Assembly: GCA_024679065.1 (NCBI GenBank)
Contig: JAGIQG010000009.1
Coordinates: forward strand, 101,122,001 to 101,186,000
From: Sphyrna mokarran
Lineage: Eukaryota
Direction of reading: 5' to 3'
Length of the DNA: 64,000 nucleotides
Shown here: in pieces, positions 41,300 through 54,734 of the stretch
Position numbering within the stretch: the stretch's first letter is position 1
How the letters are laid out: each line of letters starts with the position of its first letter
Made by a program: the position numbers and the translations under genes
Notes under the pieces: generated by a model
What the model saw: the letters and a program-made list of their open reading frames with translations, nothing else
The model's database searches: none
What the model was told of the DNA's origin: nothing

Positions 41300-41682
41300 C
41301 TGTAAAAATGTATATAATGTTTTAATATCAGACTACATCTAATTTGCAAATCAAAACGGATTATTAGATGTAGAAATTAGACTTCGATTGCATCAATAAG
41401 CAACGGGAATAAAATTGGCAATCCAGTTTATTCACAGACCAAATATTCCATTAATCACTCAGGTAACGAAAACTAAGACTAAAGACTCAGAGAAGCTCTT
41501 CAATATTCTATTATTCCTTTGTAACTCATATTAAAGATGAATTGCCCTTTCAATGCCTTGATCTTATGGCTTCGCTTCACATTCTAACTTAGATTACTGA
41601 GTTAAGGACGCCTCTTTGAAGGAACATGTTGAAAGCGACTAGTTCTGGAACAGGACAGGGAGGGATACTTCTTAGTGCTCAC

Positions 41683-41718
41683 CCAAAACTTTGAGAGCAT
41701 TTTCCATATCATCGATTT
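41683..41718 (-). CDS. Micro-exon G (36 nt, phase 1-1); EIDDMENALKVL
   Basis: atcttttactttccag|AAATCGATGATATGGAAAATGCTCTCAAAGTTTTGG|gtgagc. Strong splice sites, amphipathic helical peptide. Confidence 0.8.
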
Positions 41719-42109
41719 CTGGAAAGTAAAAGATCGTTGTTCATGCTTTTGAAGATTCAAGTTGTTTCATTTAGGAAAATGAAGTCAAAAGTATGTGCTT
41801 AAATATTAGATTTAAGGCAGCTAATACATGACTGTCACAACTAATCTGTCTCCTCTTAATTTGTCATTCAGAAAGTTTTAAGTCATGTTTCAAAGGCCTG
41901 AATGAAGATATGCACTCATTTCCATTGAAGAGCAAAAATGTGGTGCAGGTAAAGCTTTGTGTTTGGATTGCATGTTTAACATTAATGCCTGATCGAAATA
42001 TTGCAGACATCGCTGACTTACCATATAATATATTTAAACAGAACTACGTTGATCGTCCCTTTTGCTGACAATGTCTTAAAGTGACATGCCAAATTAAAAT
42101 GGGATTGTA

Positions 42110-43498
42110 GGAGTAGGAACCCACTATTCACAACATCGAGTCTTGTTCTGTTATTTCAAATAATCGTCGATGATCTTATTCTTAAATGCATTTCCCCACA
42201 ACATTCCAATTTCCATTCACCTCATTAGCTTTTAGATATTTGAAATCTATATTTAAGAAAATTTCTTGCTCCCTATTGTAAATAATCCAAACAAAATCTC
42301 AAAAGATAACTGGTCACTTCTTATTCGCTATCCCTTGTTTTGAAATGCTACCCCCTGATTCTATACTTCCTAACCAACGACAAAACCTTACTGGGTCAAC
42401 TTTGTCTGTATGTTAGTTACTTTTTTTTTGCAGACTCTATTAATATTTCTTTCTTCGGAACTGTGAAAAATACAAGCCTGACTTCTCAATCTTTCAACAA
42501 AGTATCGTCCTGTCAGTCCCTCGTAAACTTTCGTCGCACTATATTGATGGCATCCATATAGGCTTCTAAGATAATGGAGCAAACACTGAGTGCATTACTC
42601 CAGGAATTTCCTAACCAATTTTCTGTACATCTGACGCAAGACTTCCAACTTTTGTACTTGAGTCACTTTCTGATAAAGGCAACCATGCCAACAGCTTTCT
42701 TCATTGCTTCATTCAGCTATATTATGTTTGTCAGTGAGGATTGCCTGTTTTATTTTATCCCCACACCCTATTAATCATTGCTTAAGCTATATCATGATAT
42801 TATCTCCGATCCCACTTTCTGTTGATTTGTTCAACAAACCCTTCTGGGTGAAAACTTTCAAGGAAAGATAGAATGTCCAAGTATAATATTTCCACCAACT
42901 CTTCCTCGTCAATTATGTTAGTAACATCGTGAATCTGCTGAAAATTCGCCAAACACTATGTTCATTTCACAAATACATGTTGGTTCTTTGGAATCAAAAT
43001 ACCATGATCCAAATGGCAACTTATTTGCAAGATATGATAACATTTAACAAATACAGATAAAGGAACGAATATCCGTATGTCATTGTAATCTCTCTCCCTC
43101 TTTCTCAAAAGATCGAATGGCATTATCAGGATAAATTCAGAGACAGGGTAATTTTAGAAGATGAGCGGCAATGCATTATTCTCGTCATAGATGTTTCCTT
43201 CATCACTGGGGGTCCACATCATTAACAACGATTGTTTCGCAAAGCATTACTCCCATAACTTTTTTCAAATGCAGTTATCTAACTAATAACATTTACTTTA
43301 CTTCTTCGTTCTCATTAGTTCCTAATAGGAGTTCTGTATGTTTTCCCGTTAAAAAAAGAAATAGATAATCATTTAGCGTCTCAGGCACTTATGTATCTTA
43401 TTATAAATTTCCTTGAGTTGGTCTGTAATCTGCCTACATTCGTTTTTGTCAAACGTTTAGTTGTACTTACATTGAGAGAGACAAAAAAAAAATTGAAT

Positions 43499-43537
<39 letters not shown>

Positions 43538-43760
43538 CGATGCATCTTTATTTTATTTGTACGTCCTTGAAAGTTTATTGTTTCGCCGTTGCTCTATTCT
43601 AAAACCTTCCCGGTTCTGGTTAACTAATATATCTAACAAATCAATGGTATTTTGTTTTAACCTTATAGCATCAGTAACTTCCTTTGTGAGCTATAGTTGT
43701 GTGACACGTACGTTTCTGTTTCTGAGCCTACGGAACATTTATATTTTGTAAGCTATTGCA
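42110..43760 (-). mobile_element. Highly decayed CR1
   Basis: Degenerate tail and RT motifs (ttgctatccc...ccccctgattcta, cttccaacttttgtact...tgataaaggcaaccatgcca). Confidence 0.55.
43502..43534. repeat. (TA)n microsatellite
   Basis: About 16 TA units. Confidence 0.95.
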
Positions 43761-44899
43761 ACGTCAAAACTCTTGTTAGGCGTTCTGGGATTTAATAGCA
43801 TATTTTAAAAAATGGTTTGCAAAAATGAATGCAAACTGAAAATGACAGATTTATTGAGCGATCTTATGCATGTATGACATGCGAACCTGAAACCAACAGC
43901 AGAAGTCCTCGAAATACCTGAATGTGATCATCATCAAATCGTGTGATTTACTATTAAATCAATCATGATACTAGGTAAATATATAGCAACACTTGTTTTT
44001 ATTTTACATCTGTGTATATGGCAAGGAATTACTACGACGACAGACATATGCCCATAATAGTCTAAACACGGTATCTTCTGCATTATTCATTTATACTGTG
44101 ATTAAGCATGATGTCACAGTGGCATAGTGATTCACAATACCATGGTGGCTTGGTAGTAACTCGCTCGCATTACTGTTTGTGTGCAACCTGCACGTTCTGT
44201 GTCGGCCAGGTGCATTGGCCATAATACACCCTCCTCCTGTGAACAAACAGTCGCCAGAGTGTGCCGACTTGTGGCCTTTCATATTAGTTTACTTGCGATG
44301 TTAATGTAAGCTTTCTTGTGACACGAATAAACATTAAACTATATTAAAAATGTTGATCAACGCCTTTCGTTGTTTATGGCTATCTGGAGTTTGAATGTCT
44401 TTACCGTACAATTATGATTCGAAGCTTTAATAAGCACATAGTCTGTTGGAATTCAGTATTCATCAATCTCATGTGGAACAATCAGGGAATTCATTAAAGT
44501 AAGTATTATCAACAGTGGGGCTTAAAAGAGATGGCATTTCTAGAGATGATTCATTGAATCATTCCGAAATGAAAAAGTTGGGCAGCATGGAGCTCACAAG
44601 CTATTTTACTTTCCTTTTGAACGAAGTCGGGCGTTTGGATCTTTTCTTTTGCTTAAAACATGACTGGTACACATTTCACACTCTTGGCATTGTTGCGCTG
44701 TGACACTCGAATGATTCTTGGAATGGTTGGAATGGTTCTTCCAACTTGGAATGGTTTTTATTTTGCTCTCACTTCTCGTCCAATAACTTCAGACAGTTAC
44801 TGATGCCCCACGATTCCTGCTTTTTTCTTTGCAAGTTACAACAAATCAAACGTAGTTCTCAAATATCTTGTGAATAATACAATACACGTGAACGTTGGG

Positions 44900-45530
44900 T
44901 AATCGAATAAGTGTGCCTTTGCAGAACATAAAAATGTTATTCGCGCGATATGATCATTTATATTGTTCCTGATTCATTGAAAATTGTTTCAAAAATTGTA
45001 TGAATCTTTCTGCTAATCTTTTTGTTGATGGATTATAAGGTGTGGAATTTCTATACTGAATACTATTTACTTTGACATTATGCTCATACTGTTGTGAGGC
45101 AAACTGTGAGTCATTCACGTTAACGTTCCTGTTATCCAAATCTTACAAAACAATCGTCGAGTTATCTCAGGACAACTTCTGACCAAAATGCGTCTAGATC
45201 AAGTATGATTAAGGGCAAGTAATCCGGCAAAGGAATAGTAAAATCTACATGCATTTTTTTTCCATGACATTGTATGTTTCTCCCAATGATGTAAAGCAGA
45301 CCAAAGTGGATCATTTCTTCATAATGAATATAATTGACAGACAGGCACATTTGCTTGGATTTGAGAATTCGAATCCAATAACCAAAAATATGTCTGTTGC
45401 TTTAATAGCACTGTGCCATGATGTTCATTATTTGGTTGCTCAAACATTCCACCAGGCAAACGAGAAAGAATGATCACTCGAATCCTCAACAACAGAAACC
45501 TATTTTGAACAGACTGGGTGAGCATCATTG
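44900..45530 (-). mobile_element. Gypsy integrase remnant
   Basis: DSQFASQQYE...STPYNPSTKRLAERFIQFLK (compare DNGPQFTS...PYHPSSNGLAERFVQTFK); MHVDFTIP (compare IHIDFAGP). Confidence 0.8.
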
Positions 45531-45539
45531 ACACATGCA

Positions 45540-47520
45540 GGCCGCGATTCTCCCATTGCGAACCGCAACTTTTCTGGTGGATCAGGCCGGAGATGCGCGT
45601 GTTGTCCATTTCACAGGTTGCAAGCCAGTTTATCACGCCTATCTTCCAATCGGAGAAAAGTAGCGCCAACAAGAATCACTGAAAATCAACGAGCTGTAAT
45701 TTGGCATGAGTTGACATACTTTTGTATGCCATTATTAGAATCTACGCGGCAATCTCCACCTACAAATGGGTCACCCTGTTTTTTCGTGATGTAACTTTGG
45801 TGCGAATCAGAACAGGTATTTAAAAGTCGCAACCTGCGGTTGAACTGGCATGAGGAGGTCAGTGCTGCTGCGGGAGCTTAGGGGATATTGCTTGCAGGTC
45901 CTAGAGGTGCCTCGTTGCTTTCACCCTGCTGCCTTCAGGATTTGTCCCATTGGCGAATGACATCTGAAGTAGTGTGTATGTGTGTGTGTGTGTGGTGGGG
46001 AGGGGTGGTGCAGTTATGGGAGGGCTTGGGTTTCACCTTCCACTCGCTGTGAAAGTGAAAGTGATGGCCACTCTTAGTTTCTATGCCTCTGGGTCATTCC
46101 AGGCTCATAGTGGTGACCTAGCCGGCATCTACCAGGCCTCCCGTGCACAGGCGCGTGTGGCAGGTCACAGATGCCCTGTATGTCTGTCAGGGCAGTTCAT
46201 TAATTTCAATGTCGCCGTGCACAGCATAATGCCTGGGCTTTCGGCTTTGAATTCATCACCAAGATCCAGAATGTGCAGTGTAGATTGGATAGTATGCACG
46301 TCTTCTTGCGGGCCCTTCATACAGGGCTGCCGCAATTTATGAACCAGAAGTGATTCAAAATCATCTGCGACGTTCAGCTCTGGACCACGCAAGTCGATAC
46401 ACGCCATCCAGAGATTGTCCATGATAGATTTGTGATCCAGCAGTCGAACATCCCTGGGTTCTTCGAAGACTACTCCAGGCTCCCAGGATGGCTACTAGGT
46501 ATAAACATTATCCACTGAGGTCATGGCTCTTGATGCCTGTGTGGATGCCCCAGACTGAGACGAAGTCCTGCTACAATGAGGCCAATGCTGCCAACCGGTC
46601 CGTCATTGAGCAGTACTTCGGCCTCCTGAAGATGTAGTTCTCCTGCTTGGACTGCTTGGAGGTGGGGGAGGGGCGAGGGGAATGAGGGTGGGTTTCGGGG
46701 GCGGAGGGGAGAGGGAGAGTGAGAGATGAGGGGTGGACGAGGGGGAAGAGGTTGGCTCCAGTATGATGCTGTGCATGCTTCATGCATTGCTATCATTTCC
46801 TGTGCTCTGCACAACATCGTCCAGCAACGGGAAGGCCAACTGGAGCAGGAGGAAGAGAAGGAGGAAGAGAAGCAGCGAAGTGCCCCACCACATGAAGAAG
46901 TGAAAGAAAGACAGCAGGCGACAATGGCAGGTCTCTAGTAAGGAAGGGGTGTTAGGTATGTCCTGACTGTGGTCCACTTCACCTCACTGGTGCGCGCAGT
47001 GAGGGCAGTCTAAACAACAAAGTTCACTACAACCCAAGAGGAAGTCAGCTGCTGTTCCCCCTCCAAATCATCCTGGAGCCTCATATCACCACATCCCTCT
47101 TTCCCTGCTGCTATCATTCCACCACACTTTCCCCATAAATATCCAACCCTATTAATATGCCTGGACTGCAATGGTTGTGAGTCTTATTTGAAGGCTGGAA
47201 GATGATGACCACTGGCTGTTGTGCACACTGGGATCCTGCCTCTGGTGCAATTCAAGTCTGACTCCTACCTGTAATGTAAATGCATGTTACCACTTTGGCC
47301 CTCGCAGCTACAAGGGTGGGGACACATGTTTTTTTTGGCCGATAAAGAGTGGGGTTGGTGGGGAGCATTTGCATCAAGGATCTGCTGGATGCTGGGGAAG
47401 GTACGGCAGGTATTCTTAAATATGGGCTTCTGCAAAGCTGAACAGATAGCACCCCTATGTTTGGGTGTTGGGAGCACTGAGCTGAGGTGGAGAGTAGTTA
47501 CGATGATAGCTGGGGGTAGG
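45540..47520 (+). mobile_element. PIF/Harbinger DNA transposon remnant with a pseudogenised DDE transposase (about 45990-46870)
   Basis: LPLAVKVKVMATLSFYASGSFQ..GDLAGI, YNEANAANRSVIEQYFGLLKM*FSCLD and LQY...IISCALHN match HARBI1-type motifs; stops and frameshifts present. Confidence 0.88.
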
Positions 47521-49121
47521 GGAGAATCAGAGACTTATTATTGACAGCATGATGTGCAATTAATAGAGTTGATTGTTCTCCTAACATATATCATTACTAA
47601 ACTCTGATAATCCAAACTGTGTTGTCTACTGCTTCCTTTAGGTGCTACCCCAAGACGCACTTCGGAGATGGAAGTATCTAGCTGTGATGCCCCATTTCCT
47701 GTGAAAACTTTCCCCTGGGTGGCCCGGATTTATAGGACCCCAGCTGACTTGTGGATGACCTGAGATGTTCCAGTGTAATGAAGGGGGAATCCGAAGATCC
47801 GAAGAACTGGCTAGACGACCTTGGCATGGATTTGAGCCCTTTGTCCTACCTTGGGTTATCCAGAGGCTCCAAGAGAACTGCATGTACGCCAGCGTACCTG
47901 GACTGGACATTCAATTTTGTGTAAGGTCCCTACTTACTCCTACAAGTTTGCACTACATATTTTGTACAAAAATGTTTTAAATTAGCAAATTTCTATCAGA
48001 TTTTTGGAAGCTGAGTAGAAAGGCAAGAACTGCTGCAAGAGTATCTAACTTGCTTGAAAAATCGTATTTGGAAGAAGTATACCGAAAATAATTCAACAAT
48101 TGAAACTATCATTAAGAAGTATTTATAGAGCATGGACCTTCAAGTTACAGACCATAACTTTCCGTGTCTCAAAATACGATAGTGTTGAAGTGCAACACAT
48201 GGGTCATTTTTTATAATATCAAAGATGCTGTACTTCAAGAAGCATGTCTTCAAAGCATTGCACATATTTTGTAAAATAAAGCATTGTTTGAAATAAGGTT
48301 TAATCATTCTCTCATGATGTTGGCAGACTCCATAATAGGAATAGAGGAGTTGTTCGGGCATGTCATACTTTAACTTTCAATTAACAATCAAGTCAGGCAA
48401 ATTGAGCAATATCCTCCTAAGTTTAATACATGCAAACCTCCTTAGCAAAATAGCATGAAGTTAAATATAAATAAAATGAAATTCGGCTAATTAAACTACA
48501 AAATACGGAATATTTCGTGCATCCTTGCTCCGCTGTTGGAACAACATATAATATTTATATTCACATTTGAAGTTTTTCATTCATATATATTATTTGACCC
48601 AGTTGATAATGTGATTGATTTCAAATGAAATGATATTACATGTTTGTTTTTTGTTAAGAACAGAAATTACTATGTAAACGTTTTCATGTTTTTTTTTCAT
48701 GAATTAAAAAAGGAGGGAAACGATAATCGATTTTCAGATTACTATTAGCATGTTGTTTTCATGTCAATAACATAAAACAAATGTTAGAACATCATCATTT
48801 ATATGGAGCTTATTTTTTTCTTAAGTGCTTTGCGCTATTGATGTGGAGCCTGCAGATCGATGTAGAAGAATTATCGGACTGCAAATTATAGGAAATAACT
48901 AAGAAAAGTGCAGAATTGTGAATTTGAGGGATAAATTCCCACAAGATTTCAACACATTTATCATGGCAAAAGGTGCGATATAAAGCATCAATGACAATGT
49001 AGTAGAACATGATTAAGTGTGCATCAACAACGCTATTTGCTAGATATTTAAATAAATATAGAAATGCGTCTTTCTTGATTTTTTTGCTGCAGTCACTCAT
49101 ATTATCAGTCTTAAGAGTTAC

Positions 49122-49145
49122 CTTTTTTCTGAACCAATATTCCGT
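49122..49145 (-). CDS. Micro-exon F (24 nt, phase 1-1); DGILVQKK
   Basis: cctacactatttatgttacag|ACGGAATATTGGTTCAGAAAAAAG|gtaact. Confidence 0.68.
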
Positions 49146-49696
49146 CTGTAACATAAATAGTGTAGGCAATATGAAGCTATTATGCGTGTGATATACGTAC
49201 ATTATATTTTTTTGGATAGTTTTAAAATTCGCAAACATAGAATATGCATTTTTATGGCATCTGCATAAAAATACTACATACATTTATACGTTATATACAA
49301 TTAAAATATCAAATAATCTTTCTCTCGATCTTCATATAACCAACCAAGAAAAAAAAATCAGAAGATGTGTTTGGGTAGAAAACAAAGATGTCTGTGAGTT
49401 AATCATTTTTTTTAAAGCTCATGTTAAAGTATGAGGAAGGAGGAGATGATTAGCCAGAGAATTTCAGCAGACTCAGCATTATTAGATGAGGGGATATGAA
49501 CATGTGATTGAAAAAAAAACTGTGATGACGTAAAATGCCAAAATTGATGGAGTATTAATAGGAATTGTAAAGCGGGAAGACATTGTAAATTTAATGAAGC
49601 AACGAGTAATGCTTCCCTTGGAGCCTGTCAGGGAATGCTGGCTGCATGAGATCAGTTGAGTGTATGGATTTGAGAGCAAATTCTTGCATGCGTGCA

Positions 49697-49995
49697 AAGA
49701 ACAAAGAACAAAGAACAACACAGCACGTCAAACAGGCCCTTCAGTCCAACGAGCCCACGCCGCCGTCCTAACGTCTTAATGACATATCCTTGACTTTAGG
49801 CTATGCCTACTGTTGAAGATTCCCATATAGGGACCAATATAGGGACAATTTGTTACCCAATCAGCCTAAGAGCATATTTTTGGGATGTGGGAGGAAACCG
49901 GAGCACCCGGAGGAAACCCACACAACCACAGGGAGAACGCGCAAACTCCCGCAGACACAGACCCAAATCCATGTGTCGGCACAGCAACAGTGATA
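49697..49995 (-). mobile_element. tRNA-derived SINE with (aaagaac)n tail
   Basis: gggaggaaaccggagcacccggaggaaacccac...cacagggagaacg...aaactcc core. Confidence 0.88.
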
Positions 49996-50919
49996 GTCTC
50001 TGAGCTGTCATGTTGCCCATCAGATGGTCCAGTTTAAGCATACACTGACGACGTGAAGCACTAGGCAACTCCTGAAGCAACCTCCAAGAGCAGCTCTCGC
50101 ACGACATGCCGCATGATGCCCCTTGTTAGTCAACAAGGTGAATCGAATTGCCTGCAGAAACAAATAAGACTTAATTAAACATGCTAAAAAAAACTAAGAC
50201 ATTCCCGAGACGAAACTAAAAGATAGTCTACTATTATTTGGTCCTCCCAATATTCAAACAGTCCTGCTATATCCCTCTATCTGCAGACCGCTCATGTGGC
50301 TGTCCAAGTGCAGGTAACAAAATTTCGAGGACGCATTCAAGAATGCTTATATCTGCATTTTTCTGTACATTCATGCAATGTGGTCATGTACTAGATACGC
50401 CAGAGTGTTTTTTTTACATAAAAATCAACCTGATTGCTTCAGATCTGGATCCAAGGTGGTCAAGTGTCCCTTCGCTAAACGACAGTTGCAAACCATAGAG
50501 TTTTTTTTTTAACGTCATGAAAATAGATGCTTCATGATCTCATTCTATCTTTTTTTTTTAGTTCAGACGTTATTGAGCTCAAATTGTAATCTCTGGCATC
50601 GAGGGACTTTAATCTGTGTACCAAAGCTATAACATACTATTTATAAAACTAGCAGATAGTAGACGAGCAGTTCAGAAGACCACTGAATTGCATGCACGCA
50701 TGTTGAAATAGTTGAACATTTTGGCAGCAGGGGCAATTCAGGATGGATGGAATGGAGCTAAACCAGGGAGGTGTATTGGAAAATTATTTAATTGATGCAG
50801 ACTCATTCTCCAAACATTTGCCAGAAATCGTAACGTTTGCCTAGCTCTCAGTATGTTGCTTGTGTAAACAAGTGAATTACTGCCTTGAAAATAAAGAAAA
50901 TTGGTACAAGGATTGATTA

Positions 50920-51380
50920 GAATTTGTTCTTCGTTCGCACCAATATCTTGAATGTGTTTCTGAAGAGCTTTCTTCCACTGCTACTATTCACTGGTGCAGC
51001 TACACGCATTTTTTTTCATGCGAGTTAAAAGGTGTTGAGGTAGCAACATTGAATGAGCATTCACTTTATTCCAAGGTGGAATGTTGAGTGATTTGGAGGG
51101 GAAGAAAAATATGTAATGATGACACCCTCCATCTGCTGCATTTGTCTTTCAAGGACATAGATATAGTAAATATGTTATGTGTTTTCAAATGAGCCTTGAT
51201 GATTATTTGCACTGTACCTTTCAGTTACTTCATACTGTTGTCATTTTGCATTATGGTGGGGGGTCTGAATATTAAGAAGTGGATAAGATACAGTTCAAGC
51301 ATTCTACAGTTCGGTGGGTTACTCAAGTGCAGCTATGAGTTGCCGGCTTCAGCTTTTTCTTCCTGGTGAATAAATGCATT
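50920..51380 (-). mobile_element. Degenerate LINE 3' end (family of 1290-1490)
   Basis: ttggaggggaa...catctgctgc...ttgtcttt...gagccttg pattern. Confidence 0.5.
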
Positions 51381-51619
51381 TCATGCATCAGTATACCTAG
51401 TGGCAATGAAGTGGTTTTGATGGCACTTACTTTGGCCCGACAATATTGAGCATCCTGCTTCAAGTGAAGTTCGAAGAAAAACATAGCCGAATACTCAGCT
51501 CTGATGTTGAGTTTGCAGTAAAGTGAAATCTATTTTGTTAAAGTGGAAAATTGTTGGAATGCCATTTAAAATAAAATGAAACAGAGGTAAGCACAGCAAA
51601 TGGCACTTCAAGCGAAAGG

Positions 51620-52760
51620 AGAAAATGCCCAAAGATTGTAGGATCTGTACCTGAATTGTAGTCAAATGAAAAGGCTAAGGTTTATAGACGCCAGAATAGA
51701 GCAGAGCCTACAATGGCGCTGTAGTAATGACTCTTCTAATGAAGGACTTGAGCAACTACGTTGGGGAGTGCTGAAGAGTTTACAAGTAGTCAACCTCTTG
51801 AAAAATAAGAAGTTGAAAACGTTGTTTCTTTAATTCTCCTTTGCAGCTCAAGAACGTGAGTTCTTCTAATGGTATCGAGAAAAGCATGTGGCACAACAAG
51901 AAATGAAGTACACTGTCCACACAGATAGAGAAAATTAAAACCGCAGAGATTGCTGAGATAGCTTCCATTCCTAAAAAGAGACGTTTTGGGTATTTGTGGA
52001 AAAGAACAACAAAGTACATTCGCTCAAAGGCGCAGTAATACAATGAGAAAAGCGACAACTGCTGAGAACCAAAACAAAAGATTACAGCTCTAAAGTCTAA
52101 GTAATGGGAAAGGGTAATGTTTTTGCAATGACAATGAACTTAAAACATCAACCACAAGAAAAAAAAACAAATAGCAATCGGCAGGAACAGCCCAATAGAG
52201 GGCAACTCTTATAAATGTCTAAAGCAACGAAGACCTCCATAAATAGGCCACAAAATTCCTCAAATGAGAGAATTAAGGATTCAAGGAATAGACAATGCAA
52301 GACCTTAGCAGAAGGAATGAAGATCTCAGGAAGAGGCAATGGTAGACTTCAAGGAACTGGCAACGAAAGTTTCCAGAAGCAGTCATTGAAGGAAGACAGA
52401 ACGAGGGCATTACAAATGCCTTGAAGGATAGCACTAAAAAATCACAAAGAGGTCAACATAAGACAATAATAACAAGTGAATGGCAAGGAAATAATTGCAG
52501 AATGGAAATAAGTCAACATCATTGGAGACAGCTTGTCTAAGACTGAAGCCCGAAGTGTTAGGCTGGAGTGATGAGAAATAAAAATGTATGTTCTATTTTG
52601 TGAAATGCATATATCCAGCAAAACAAGACAGGATAAATTCATTCTCAGTGTAGATTAAGTTGAATTCAATGAAAACATATCTTGTATATACGAGTAAATC
52701 CAGTCAAAAATCGAATCAGGAGAATAAGAACTTGATAATATCACTTCTGCAACTAGAAAT
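51620..52760 (+). mobile_element. Very old CR1 endonuclease/linker remnant
   Basis: ggatctgtacctgaattg and gagcaactacgttgggg resemble YLNARS / FLEQYV motifs; strongly purine-skewed. Confidence 0.4.
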
Positions 52761-54734
52761 TAACTGAAGAGAATAAATTATTAAATTTGGCAGTTGAATC
52801 AATAATTCTAGCATGGAAAGAAGCTGAGATATTCTTCCATATGGAAGCTTGCTGAAAATTTGAGATAAAAGAAAAATTTGCAAACATGTGTGACAGAGTT
52901 CCATACACATGAACTGGCCTTACTTAAAATGTACCAATAAAATGCGTGTGCATGTGTGTTTTTTTTTAACAGACAATCCTCAAGATGTAATTAATGCACC
53001 ATCTACGCTGCAACAATATAATATTATATTAAGTACATGTCCTAATGTATTAAGGTCATGGTGTTATAAAGAAAACCTCAATAGCGGATAAAATTAGATC
53101 CCCGGAATCATCGTCGCTGATATAGACCAAAGTAGCACAAAATATGCATGGTGGAATGGATCATTTTCTAATGGTTTAAATCGTTTAAGTAGAGGAACGC
53201 TCCAGTATTCAGTGTATATAGCAAGAAATATGGATATTCTTGTAAGAAGTGAAGTGTGTGGTCGACATGTAGACATAACTGAAGCTTCCATGGAAACAAG
53301 GACTAATGAATAGCTTGTGTCAGAAGTAGTATTCATTTTCGAAAGTTCCTCATTATGTTAATCCGATGGAACCACCTAAATAAGTAGAATTCCAAAGTTC
53401 AATTTAAAACAGAGAGAAAAAAAAAACAGGTGTGCAAAATTTTAGGACCTTCAACTGAGTGACTTTGTATAGAAAACTCTATAAGGGTTTGAAATAGAAG
53501 GACTTTTGTGGCGATTGTCTTTTTAAGCGCTAACAGCAGAAAAGGATCACTTGGCTTGAGGGAATAATGCAAAAGGGAGCGGGTAATCCGCCCATGTATG
53601 GAGTGCTATGTTAGGCAGATAACATTGAAAATATACGGAGAAGAGATGCAGGGACTGGAGGGAACAAGGTAGGCTGCTCTATGACAGCCGTGGACTGAGA
53701 GCCCATCATTTTTTTAACTAATTTATAAATTTTATTCGTCCTTTTAATGGAGTCTGTGAACATGCATCATCACAGTTTACACTATGTCGAGAAAGATTAG
53801 AAAACTGACTAAAGCCGTCCACATTTGACAGACACGTGTGGACAACAGGAATACCGTCCTGTGTAATTTTACAGCTCCACCGCTAAATTTGTGAAAAGGC
53901 GGCATTGTTGTCCTAATCATTAGTAGCTTATTTGTGATGACACTACATATGAATATTACTGTAAAATTGTATTAATAAGGAATAGTATTTAAAAGGGTTT
54001 TTTTGTATAGAAGTATAACATCAAGCTAAATGCCCATAACAATAAAGAATGGAAAATGTGCATGCGATAGTTTTATTTCGGTCAAAGTAGTTAAAGTCAA
54101 CCAGCAAATACATAATCTGACGCGGAGTAATAGTGCCGAGATATTTCAGTTCCATGCAGAGGCAAACAAGTGAAAAGCAGCTGGGCCTGTGACAGGCAAA
54201 CAAGTATCCATGTTAATTGCAATTAAATTAAAATTATTTCAATAGCTTTTTCCAGTTTTGCTGTAATGTCATCTGACTATTTTTTGTCCTGTTCAAACCA
54301 AATTAAAATAACACTATTATTTCCTTCTGATTTTCTTTAAATTACTCTGCACCAAAATCAATGCACGTTGCAGATGCATATCTGTACAGGTTCTGGTAGG
54401 AATGACAGTCGCAAACACTTGCTGGGCAACATGAGCCTTTACATTCAGGACACAATTCATTCCTTTGTGTGGCAGTACCACAGATTATAACTCATAGAAT
54501 TTGGTCAGATGACACGCAGTGGACCATCAGTTGTAATCGAGTTATCCACAACAGTTGCATGGATATTCCAGGAAGTCCAGAAGACCTCATTCCAGCAAGC
54601 CAGCATAATTTACAAAATTTGGGAGACACACACAGAAAACCTGCCTGCGCTTGACAACTTCTGACTCTAAAACCAAAACTAAAACCTTTTAGTTTTGGTT
54701 TTAGGAGAAGGTCTCTCTTCCCCTTCTTAAACCT

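Noticed and set aside
44073-44142. D-segment-like arrangement: tactgtg, 14 bp, CACAGTG, 12-bp spacer, acaatacca
   Set aside because: The 3' nonamer matches only 6/9, there is no acceptable 5' nonamer at 12 or 22/23 bp, and no V, J or C segments occur in the window.
45974-46938. Domesticated HARBI1 gene
   Set aside because: Stops, frameshifts and deletions show a dead Harbinger transposase.
48810-49283. 157-aa ORF
   Set aside because: AT-rich chance ORF; it overlaps exon F in a different frame.
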